A program made the position numbers and the translations under genes. Under the pieces are notes generated by a model, which saw only the letters and a program-made list of their open reading frames with translations, searched no databases and was not told the DNA's origin. This document shows, piece by piece, positions 56,007 to 64,000 of a stretch of DNA of 64,000 bases; within the stretch, counting starts at the first letter, position 1; each line of letters starts with the position of its first letter. The DNA is from Bdellovibrionales bacterium RIFOXYD12_FULL_39_22 (lineage in GTDB: Bacteria; Bdellovibrionota; Bacteriovoracia; Bacteriovoracales; Bacteriovoracaceae), in contig MEQL01000027.1 of NCBI GenBank assembly GCA_001770205.1, positions 1-64,000 on the forward strand, read 5' to 3'.

Positions 56007-58590
56007 ATCCCAATTTACTTTTTCCACCGGCGGGATGTCTTTTGTCTGCTGGCAATTGGTGTTTAGAGTTGTTTTTACGAGAAGGGCCTGGCCGTTTAAA
56101 TCCTGGCCGACGGTGCTGATTGGCCTTACCGCGAAAGCAGTCTTCGCAAATGGCAAATTCAAACCCCTCAGGGAGAGTTTGGCCACAGTTGGTACATTTT
56201 ATGACCAACTTTTCTGAGAGAACGTGATTTAATTTGTGAATGGCCAATCTTTTATTTTCCTGCAATTCTTGTTGATTAAAATCAAAATTCTTTCCGTTAA
56301 AATGGCGGGCCAACCATTGATATAACTCTACACATTTAATATTACTTTCTAAATATTCAATGTCAGAAGAACTAGCATCAATCACAATACTTTTTATCAC
56401 TAGGCCATTAGCATATCGATTGAGTATAGTTGAATAAAATTGCACATGCTCAAGTAGGCCTAAATTAACAGGAGCGCAGGCAAAGCCAAAGATCTCTGCG
56501 TCAGATAATGTGTTTTTAGCATTGGCATCCTCAATCATTTCTGCCAATTCAATCATCTCTTTAAGGTCGACACAATAGAATGGATTTTTAAATTTCATGG
56601 TATTGAAGAGACGTAAGAATTCAGAGAGGCGCAATTGTGGTAGTGAATTACTTTTAAGTACTGAATTAACTTTTGAAAAGATATCTAGATCTGGCCCCAC
56701 CATACATTGTGTTTTTTGTGGTAACTCTGTTTTGAGTGCCTCTCTTATTTTATTAAGTCCATCTTCATCTTTGGTTAGACAAGATACATATCCAATGGGG
56801 AATCGTTGATATCGGCCACAGCGGCCAGCAATTTGTTTTATTTCGCTGTTAGTAAGAGGGAACTCTTGATTTTCGATATATTTAGAAAAGGCAGAAAATA
56901 CAATACGTCTAATAGGCAGATTCATTCCCATAGCAATAGCGTCGGTACTTACGATAATATCCGTTTCGCCAGCATCAAACTTTCGTGCCTGCTCTTTTCT
57001 GACCTCGGGACTTAACATGCCATAGACAATAGATATTTTAAAATTTCTTTTTTCTAGATCCATCTTAAAGGCCAGTGCTTTTTTTCTAGAAAAAACAATT
57101 AAAGCGTCCGAACGAATTAATTGATTTAAGACTACGGGTTGTGATTCCACTTTAATCTCTGTCATTCTCTCATACTTTTTTATCTCTAGCGTATCTCCAC
57201 AAAGTTTTACAATTTGTTCCACCAAATCTTGCACTGAATGGTCTCCGCAAATATGAAGTTCGGGAGTACATAATCCAATTAGTGCCCGAGTCCAGGCCCA
57301 TCCTCGTTGAGGATCAGAAAGCATCTGCACTTCATCAATAACACAACAGTCGAAATCCTCATGTAGTTTTGCCATCTCAATGGTTGAGGAGTAGTGAGTT
57401 GCTTGCGGTGTTTCGATAATTTCTTCGCCGGTTAATAGTGTAGTTGGCACCCCTTTGCCATTCATGGTGTCATATAGCTCGGCGGCCAGCAGTCGAAGTG
57501 GGGCAAGATAGCTTCCGTTTTTTGCCTTACAAAGGGCCTCAATGGCGTGATAGGTTTTTCCAGAATTGGTGGGGCCCATATGATAAATTATTTTACGATT
57601 TATTCTTCTCGCGTTAGTGTGAATCCAAAATTCCCCCAAATATTCTTTGATGATGTTTGAAGAAATATCAGTACGTTTTATTAAAAGCAAAGAGTTTAAG
57701 AATTTTTTAAATTCTCTTTCTAAATAGCGTACGTCACGCCAAATATTAGTCGCGAGTTGAATATAAAAACGCTCATACTCCTCTTGGTCAATGAGATCGG
57801 AACGGAGGTTGTTATCACGCAAATATGAAATAAAAAGCTTCTTTAAATTGGCCGTTTGCGCCAGAGCTAGTTCGGCTGGATATTTGAAGAAATTGTCCAA
57901 TTGTCCACGAATTTGCGCTTCTAATTTTCCAATAGATGATTTTTTGAGGCGAGACTGATTTTTGTAAATATGTTTTTCTAAATTTTTTTTAAGATCATAA
58001 AATATTGCGCTAATGCGATCAATGTTTTCAGCAGCGATTTCTGGCCGTAGTCTGGAAATAGCATTATCGATTAGTAGCAGCATTTCTTTCCAAACTATTT
58101 CGCGAAGCTTGGATTTATATTCCGCTGAACAGATATTGCAGCTACATTCCAGATCCTCTTCGTAAAGATCGGAAGATAGATTCTCTCTGATTTGGTTACG
58201 AGTTTTTATGTGGATATTTTCTAAGGCAGTAAGCCAGTCAGTGATCTCTATTTTTATGGAATTAAAATAATCATCAGAATTAGCGGCCGAGGAATCTAAT
58301 TCATAGAGTTTTCGCTCAAGAAATAGATATTTGCCGCGCAAGGCGGTATCTATAACGTTTGACGGGCGAAGATAGTTTTCAAAAATACCAAACTGCTTGG
58401 TTATATTTGTTCGCAGCGATGGATGTTTGGATAAAAATAGAGAAAGCATTTTATGCACATCTTTTTGAAGTGCTAAAATATTTTTTGCCAACTCAAGCTG
58501 GTGACAAGCTTCATCGTGATTTTTTTCAAGCTGAAGTTCAATTTCTTTGTAATTGGGTAGAGTACTGCTGCTACTAGTAGAATTATCCAT
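55987..58590 (-). CDS. Suv3-like SF2 helicase
   Basis: GPTNSGKT, APLRLLA, IDEVQ, RGWAW, TDAIAMGMN, QIAGRCGR. Confidence 0.9.
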   Translation of the reverse strand: MDNSTSSSSTLPNYKEIELQLEKNHDEACHQLELAKNILALQKDVHKMLSLFLSKHPSLRTNITKQFGIFENYLRPSNVIDTALRGKYLFLERKLYELDSSAANSDDYFNSIKIEITDWLTALENIHIKTRNQIRENLSSDLYEEDLECSCNICSAEYKSKLREIVWKEMLLLIDNAISRLRPEIAAENIDRISAIFYDLKKNLEKHIYKNQSRLKKSSIGKLEAQIRGQLDNFFKYPAELALAQTANLKKLFISYLRDNNLRSDLIDQEEYERFYIQLATNIWRDVRYLEREFKKFLNSLLLIKRTDISSNIIKEYLGEFWIHTNARRINRKIIYHMGPTNSGKTYHAIEALCKAKNGSYLAPLRLLAAELYDTMNGKGVPTTLLTGEEIIETPQATHYSSTIEMAKLHEDFDCCVIDEVQMLSDPQRGWAWTRALIGLCTPELHICGDHSVQDLVEQIVKLCGDTLEIKKYERMTEIKVESQPVVLNQLIRSDALIVFSRKKALAFKMDLEKRNFKISIVYGMLSPEVRKEQARKFDAGETDIIVSTDAIAMGMNLPIRRIVFSAFSKYIENQEFPLTNSEIKQIAGRCGRYQRFPIGYVSCLTKDEDGLNKIREALKTELPQKTQCMVGPDLDIFSKVNSVLKSNSLPQLRLSEFLRLFNTMKFKNPFYCVDLKEMIELAEMIEDANAKNTLSDAEIFGFACAPVNLGLLEHVQFYSTILNRYANGLVIKSIVIDASSSDIEYLESNIKCVELYQWLARHFNGKNFDFNQQELQENKRLAIHKLNHVLSEKLVIKCTNCGQTLPEGFEFAICEDCFRGKANQHRRPGFKRPGPSRKNNSKHQLPADKRHPAGGKSKLGFKKRRR

Positions 58591-58678
58591 CTTTTATAAT
58601 GCCTTTGCTTTGCAAATTGTTTAATTCCATTATACCATAGTAGCACTATACTGATTAATTGCACCAAGCAAGATTAAT

Positions 58679-59602
58679 ATGTTAATAAGAAAATTGTATT
58701 TTCGTTCCTCTAATGATGGGCCACGAAAGACTCCTTGTCTGATTACACCGGCGGATGCAAAATATCTTCAAAGTAGTGGGTTCTCCATCCAAGTTGAGCA
58801 TGGCCATTCTGCAATTTATTCTGATCAAGACTATCAGCTATCAGGCTGTTTACTTGTTCCACTTAATAGCTGGTCAGCATTAGAAGCGGAGGTGGTAGTG
58901 ATTGGATCTTCTTTGATTCCAGAAGAAGAATTTCCCTTAGGGCAGATTCATATTGCACCCTTCGATCAAAATGAAGATAAGCAGTCGGCGGACGCACTAC
59001 TTAAGAGATTTATTATTGGCAATGGAAAAATTTTTGAACTATCTACTTTTTTAGGATCATCTTTAGAGGACTACGTTAGTGATAATATTGTAAATGATGC
59101 TAAATTACCTCCGATTCCCGGACAAGAAGGCGGCCTGAAATTATCCGACTGTGTGGTTAGGCGCATAATTCAACTGTTAGTGGATGAAAAATCCACGTTA
59201 TTTATCAACCTTTCAGATTTGCATGATCGCTTAGTGGATGATTACCAGAAAGAGCGCTCGACCCGTTGGTCTAATATCTCTGTTGAAAAACGGGAAGAAA
59301 TGCGAGTTCCTTTTCATGCAAAAGTTCGTGTCATATTCAGTAGTGGCGATGGCATTGAAGCAGAAACAAAAAATATAAGCGTCAGCGGAGTTTTTATTAA
59401 TACCGATTATTCCGCAAAGTTGATGGATAAATGTCAAATCAGTCTTCTTTGGGATTATAAGGGAAAAAATATTCCCTTCATGGTTAGCGGAGAGATTAGT
59501 AGAAGTACACCAGAGGGGTTGGGTGTCTATTTTACGGATATGGATATGGATACTTTTTATTTTATAAAAGACTTAATAAAATACTCATTCCCCGAATCGT
59601 GA
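58679..59602 (+). CDS. AlaDh/PNT_N (saccharopine-dehydrogenase-like) domain fused to PilZ
   Basis: N-terminal ITPADAKYL..GFSIQVE...IYSDQDY..SG; C-terminal REEMR and NISVSG. Confidence 0.7.
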   Translation: MLIRKLYFRSSNDGPRKTPCLITPADAKYLQSSGFSIQVEHGHSAIYSDQDYQLSGCLLVPLNSWSALEAEVVVIGSSLIPEEEFPLGQIHIAPFDQNEDKQSADALLKRFIIGNGKIFELSTFLGSSLEDYVSDNIVNDAKLPPIPGQEGGLKLSDCVVRRIIQLLVDEKSTLFINLSDLHDRLVDDYQKERSTRWSNISVEKREEMRVPFHAKVRVIFSSGDGIEAETKNISVSGVFINTDYSAKLMDKCQISLLWDYKGKNIPFMVSGEISRSTPEGLGVYFTDMDMDTFYFIKDLIKYSFPES

Positions 59603-60865
59603 TATTGTAGGTGCCGCAGAATTTGCGCTTAGTTTTTTGTGAGCATTAAATAGCGGAATAATTGATACAATCCAAGAAATAAAAAAGGTAAATAACATGG
59701 TGTCGATAACAATCGCAGCTTGAAACAAAATGAGGATAACAGAGATAGCACCCTTGGCCGCCCTATAGACCACAATATCTGCAATGTATTTTGCACCATA
59801 ACGTTGTGTGCGATTAAGAGGGAAATATAAGATCTCTTTAGCAGAGGAAAAAATGGAGTAGTCCATGCCTTTAAAAATAACAAAAGTGATGGCCACCGAC
59901 ATAAGTGTCCCACCCCCAATAAAAAATCCCAAAAGAGCAACTACTAGATAAGTACTGGGGATGAAAAACTGAATGCGCTTATTGGCAAAAAGCTTCAGAC
60001 CAACAGGAACAATGATCACTTGAATAAATAGGGCGAGACCATTCATTGCAGCATTGATGTTTCCAAAATATCTGGTGCGAATTAGTTTATCAGGAACAAG
60101 CTGTTCAAATAAAATATTAAATTTAAAGGTAACCAAGTTGATACAGAATTGACTCATAATGACAATAAAGACGATCCAAAAGACATACTCTTTAACATCG
60201 GACACGGAGGCCAGCGGTGATATTTGAGGCCTCTCATTTCTATTTTCGCCATTAACTATTTTTCTATTAGTAAGTAAGAAAATAAAACCACTGGCCAAAA
60301 CTATTATTCCACCAATGAGAAGAATAATTTCCACACTTACTGTTTTGGTTAATTCTGCCGTCCAGAGTCCACCTAATACTCCCGCCAAACTATTGATTGC
60401 TCCGATCGGGCCATAAAGGACTTTGGCCATCTCCACATCTACCGAGGCATTGATGTAACCAAAGAGAATATGGATTAATAGAACAATATATGCTTCTTTC
60501 CAGATATATAACCAATAGGCAAAGGAGTTGTGTTGTCCTTTGATCATGGCCAGACCAATGATAAAAAGAACAGGAGTGAAAATGGTAATGGAAAGAAAAA
60601 TATCTTGAATGTTAACTCGTTTTTGCAGCGAACTTAGGAAAGAAACCACTACGGACAGTACTATGACAGAGTATAACCAAACGTGCGGTGATTTATTTGC
60701 ACCGATTGCATCTAGAAAAATTGAATCAATAGTTGAACGGGTAATCGGATAGGAGAACAAGACAAAAAATAAAACCGCAGAAACAATTGTCATGTTGCGT
60801 TTTTGAGTAGGAGATAGGGCCCGTAGCTGCTGTATTATATCTTTAAGCAATTTTCCAATTTTCAT
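59585..60865 (-). CDS. NTP/NDP exchange (NTT/TLC-like) MFS transporter
   Basis: About 12 TMs; AKVLYGPIG, DYSI..SAKEILYFPL...RYGAK...D..VYR.AKG. Confidence 0.75.
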   Translation of the reverse strand: MKIGKLLKDIIQQLRALSPTQKRNMTIVSAVLFFVLFSYPITRSTIDSIFLDAIGANKSPHVWLYSVIVLSVVVSFLSSLQKRVNIQDIFLSITIFTPVLFIIGLAMIKGQHNSFAYWLYIWKEAYIVLLIHILFGYINASVDVEMAKVLYGPIGAINSLAGVLGGLWTAELTKTVSVEIILLIGGIIVLASGFIFLLTNRKIVNGENRNERPQISPLASVSDVKEYVFWIVFIVIMSQFCINLVTFKFNILFEQLVPDKLIRTRYFGNINAAMNGLALFIQVIIVPVGLKLFANKRIQFFIPSTYLVVALLGFFIGGGTLMSVAITFVIFKGMDYSIFSSAKEILYFPLNRTQRYGAKYIADIVVYRAAKGAISVILILFQAAIVIDTMLFTFFISWIVSIIPLFNAHKKLSANSAAPTISRFGE

Positions 60866-60898
60866 TTTCCATCCATGAAATTATACTAAATAATAAGT

Positions 60899-62713
60899 AT
60901 GTCGAGGATAATAGATAATTCGACAAAAGGAAATAGATCCATGAAACATGTAACCCAAAATGGCCAGAAAACAGAATCATCTTCTACTATGGCAATGCTG
61001 ATGAGCGATTGGTGGTTTTGGGCCGTGATAATCCTATTGCTAGGGATTATTCTTCGATGGATAAATCTCGATCAACGGCCATTTCATCACGATGAATCCC
61101 TTCATGCTATTTACGGAATGTATACCTATATGAATCCGGTTGGACAGTCTTATAAGTATGATCCAATGTTACATGGGCCCTTTATGTATAATCACGTTTT
61201 ACCATACATCTACAATTTGTTTGGTAGTTCCACTTGGGCCGTACGAGTGATGCCGGCATTTTTAGGATCACTTCTGATTTTTTTTCCACTTTTTTTTAAA
61301 AAATATCTATCGCCCACCATGACACTTTTTTTTATGGCATTACTATCTTTTTCTCCCTCAATGATTTATTGGTCTCGTTTTTTGCGAGAGGATTTATTGA
61401 TTGTAATGGCAACGGTAGCAATTTTACTTGCCAGACTACTAATTAAAAATCTTCGCTGGAAGATGTCCATCATTGCCGTGCTGTTTGCCCTTTGTTTTAC
61501 TATTAAAGAGAATGCTTTTTTGCATGTGGCCCTAATGCTTGGTTTTGTGTTGTTTGAATTAATTATTTGTTTTAGCGACTACAAGAATTCTTCACTTTTT
61601 AAATTTATATTAATAATTCGTGATAATCTCCAATGGTCCTTAATCTCGTTTGCTTTGGCAGCTTTTGTTTTTTCATACATTTTTTCTACTGGCCTAACGC
61701 ATATGGCAGGGATTATTGATGGGCTTTATGCTAAAAGTCTTACTTTTTGGACCACTCAACATTCCATTGATAGAATTGTTGGGCCATTTATTTTTCAAGT
61801 ATTGATGATCGGATTTTATGAAGCACCATTAACTATTTTGACAATTATAACAGGTCTGCATTTTTATTATAAAACAGATGGCAAATATCGTTGGGCCATA
61901 CTGGGTAGTTTGTTCGTGGCCATTATTTTACACCTGTGGCTAAAAGAGAATTTAAACTTTTCGCCATTTTTCAAAGATGTTCTTAAGCTTAAAATACCCA
62001 TCGATATATACCCGTTTATTCTAATTGCTGTTCACGCTGTTTTGGGCACTTTTTACTATTTGAAAACAAAGCAAAAGTTATTGGCAATCTCATTTTATGC
62101 TTTCTGGTCAACACTCTTTACCTACAGTTTTGTAGGTGAAAAAGTTCCCTGGCTGGCCATGTATCCACTGATTTTAGGATTAATGTTTAATATTTTATAC
62201 TTAGAAAAAAATAACATCATACAATTTACAGGAAAAAATTGGATTTTGAGTTGGGCACTTCTGTTTTTTATAAACGGTTATACCCTAATAATTGTCAATT
62301 ACTCGAGAGCTGGGGCAGACACGGAATTAATTTCGCAAGTTCATACCAACGAAGTTTTTCAAAATACAATGTATAAAATAAGAGATGAAATGAATTATCC
62401 AACTAATGGGCATCCGCCTACGTTATTTGCGGAGGAGCTATGGCCCACAAGCTGGTATTTTTACAATAATCCCCAATATAGCTTCTCCTTAGGAGACAAA
62501 AAAATTTCCGATTATGATTACGTGTTAGTTGCACAGGATAAATACAAAAATGAGCTTATGGCCACTCATGAAAGTAGCATTATATCTCTTCGCCACTGGT
62601 GGGTTCCAGATTATGAAAAATTGTCTCCGCTAAATATTGCGATCTATTTACTCTCAAGACGGCCCTGGAATGATCCGGGGGATGCGAAGGTATCTTTGTA
62701 TAAGAAAAAGTAA
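60899..62713 (+). CDS. GT-C fold membrane protein (TIGR03663/Agl23-like)
   Basis: RPFHHDES, YKYDP.LHGP, SRFLRED, KEN, EKVPW. Confidence 0.75.
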   Translation: MSRIIDNSTKGNRSMKHVTQNGQKTESSSTMAMLMSDWWFWAVIILLLGIILRWINLDQRPFHHDESLHAIYGMYTYMNPVGQSYKYDPMLHGPFMYNHVLPYIYNLFGSSTWAVRVMPAFLGSLLIFFPLFFKKYLSPTMTLFFMALLSFSPSMIYWSRFLREDLLIVMATVAILLARLLIKNLRWKMSIIAVLFALCFTIKENAFLHVALMLGFVLFELIICFSDYKNSSLFKFILIIRDNLQWSLISFALAAFVFSYIFSTGLTHMAGIIDGLYAKSLTFWTTQHSIDRIVGPFIFQVLMIGFYEAPLTILTIITGLHFYYKTDGKYRWAILGSLFVAIILHLWLKENLNFSPFFKDVLKLKIPIDIYPFILIAVHAVLGTFYYLKTKQKLLAISFYAFWSTLFTYSFVGEKVPWLAMYPLILGLMFNILYLEKNNIIQFTGKNWILSWALLFFINGYTLIIVNYSRAGADTELISQVHTNEVFQNTMYKIRDEMNYPTNGHPPTLFAEELWPTSWYFYNNPQYSFSLGDKKISDYDYVLVAQDKYKNELMATHESSIISLRHWWVPDYEKLSPLNIAIYLLSRRPWNDPGDAKVSLYKKK

Positions 62714-62727
62714 AAAGATCGGAGAAA

Positions 62728-63282
62728 TTAATCGATGTCTTCACCGCGATAGTTGGCGGTGGTTTGGCCACCAATAAATTCTCCAGCAGAATTAAAATCG
62801 CGCAAATTAAGATCGCTTTTAAAATTAAGAGTGGAGGCATCGATTTGTTCACCATCGGTCAAGCGCTTCATAAAAGCAAAAAACTTTTCCTGCGTTTCGC
62901 TGCCAATCAAATGCTCCATCAAGCAAGAATCTTGTTTGGCAACAGACTCACTGACTTTTAAAATATCGCGTAAAAAATAAAAAAGTAAGGAGCGAGCAGA
63001 GAGAACGCGATGTACTTCACGATGGCCATCTTCTGTTAATAGGAGAAATTTTGATCCATCTTCTTCACGAATAAGTCCTATTTTTTTTAGATTTCCCAGG
63101 GCAATAGAGACGCTTCCCTTAGTAAGTTTCAAATCTTTTGCGATATCTGTGACTCTCGCGTAACCCTTACTCTCTTTTAAGCGATGAATTGCCAAAATAT
63201 AGTGGGCCATGGAGTGAGTAAGTCGTTTGTCGTCATTGCCTTGTTTTTGCTTGGTTCCCATTTGTATAAATTCTAAAAACAT
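62728..63282 (-). CDS. DtxR/MntR-family metal-dependent regulator
   Basis: YILAI...ARVTDIAKDL...SVS; DSCLMEH. Confidence 0.85.
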   Translation of the reverse strand: MFLEFIQMGTKQKQGNDDKRLTHSMAHYILAIHRLKESKGYARVTDIAKDLKLTKGSVSIALGNLKKIGLIREEDGSKFLLLTEDGHREVHRVLSARSLLFYFLRDILKVSESVAKQDSCLMEHLIGSETQEKFFAFMKRLTDGEQIDASTLNFKSDLNLRDFNSAGEFIGGQTTANYRGEDID

Positions 63283-63467
63283 TTGTTATGTGTGTCAAAC
63301 GCCAACTAATTTGGTCGGCCACCAATAAGTTCAAATTAGTTAACCAGGCAAAACTATAAGACATATTTTACCCAACTTATCCCCATCTGCCTCCGGTGTT
63401 AATATCAATAGTATAGGTGCGGATGTGGGATGGTTAAGATAAAAAGGCCGCGACAGAGGTCATCTCT

Positions 63468-64000
63468 ATGAAAAATAAGAATCGATCGAAAACAACTATT
63501 ATCAAACATGTCTGTGCCGTTTCATTTGCAGGCCTAACTTTATTTTCTCTTTTAGCGGACTCTACCACCGGTTATCAACCCAAAGCACTTGGCAGTGCGG
63601 GCCTAACAGATCAAGAACAGCAGATCGCAGAGACCTATATACATCAAGGGTTAGTAAACGATGTCTACAAAGAAAGTTGTGCAGGCAAAGAAGATATTTG
63701 CAGTGGCTCTGATCCTGACTCCTCACGAAATAATATGATTGGCGCTCTCTCCAAGGCGTATGCTCTGGTAATCGGAACTATTGATACCAAAATTAAAATG
63801 AAACCCAAGGTTACTGCGGAAGCTTCGCCATCGCCAGGTGCTAATACTGCGACAGAAAAAGCAAAAGAACCAGGCGAAAAAGATGCCGAGGGCAATACGG
63901 AGCAGTATGATTATTGCAAACATATTGCCCAGGCCACCGAAATAGTTACCGCCTTCAAACAGCAAACTGCTCAAGCAAATCTTAATAGTACCGTTCCACC
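63468..64000 (+). CDS. Partial secreted hypothetical protein (runs off the window)
   Basis: ATG 63468 after GAGG; frame stays open to the window end in manual translation; signal-like N-terminus. Confidence 0.6.
   Translation, partial: MKNKNRSKTTIIKHVCAVSFAGLTLFSLLADSTTGYQPKALGSAGLTDQEQQIAETYIHQGLVNDVYKESCAGKEDICSGSDPDSSRNNMIGALSKAYALVIGTIDTKIKMKPKVTAEASPSPGANTATEKAKEPGEKDAEGNTEQYDYCKHIAQATEIVTAFKQQTAQANLNSTVP

Noticed and set aside
131..63974. Numerous 60-155 aa ORFs antisense to or nested in longer genes (e.g. 19453-19920, 21247-21705, 22295-22750, 44611-45039)
   Set aside because: Shadow ORFs of well-supported genes, with no motifs or RBS.

Overview
AT-rich bacterial genomic window. Gene content (many HD-GYP/PilZ proteins, flagellin, ArsA pair with a PhaR-like regulator, Suv3-like helicase) suggests Bdellovibrionota, Bacteriovorax-like; this is inference only. 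The window has two parts. (1) About 1-23.9 kb is the right part of an integrative conjugative element inserted at a tRNA-Ala(GGC) gene (23786-23861, minus strand). It carries a large serine recombinase whose ORF runs antisense through the whole tRNA, a compact VirB2/3/4/5/6/8/9/10-like plus VirD4 transfer operon, and a Replication-relaxation-family PD-(D/E)xK protein where a HUH relaxase would be expected. A large hairpin followed by a 169-nt cytosine-free tract lies beside that gene. Upstream of the transfer genes is a tightly coupled six-gene operon: orphan peptide-binding protein, histidine kinase (one in-frame TAA), sigma54 activator, S33-like hydrolase, secreted Cys-tailed small protein and ICMT-family methyltransferase. 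It has its own sigma54-type promoter and is the best candidate here for an undescribed peptide-signal (quorum/pheromone) system gating conjugation. The left ICE boundary is not seen. (2) About 24-64 kb is host chromosome: 5'-nucleotidase, HDAC, GT2s, split transketolase, rpmB/rpmG/rpmE, exbBD/tonB/TBDR, flagellin, HD-GYP proteins, glf, Suv3-like helicase, a saccharopine-dehydrogenase-like/PilZ fusion, an NTT-like transporter and a DtxR-family regulator. All calls come from motif reading; no database searches were run.
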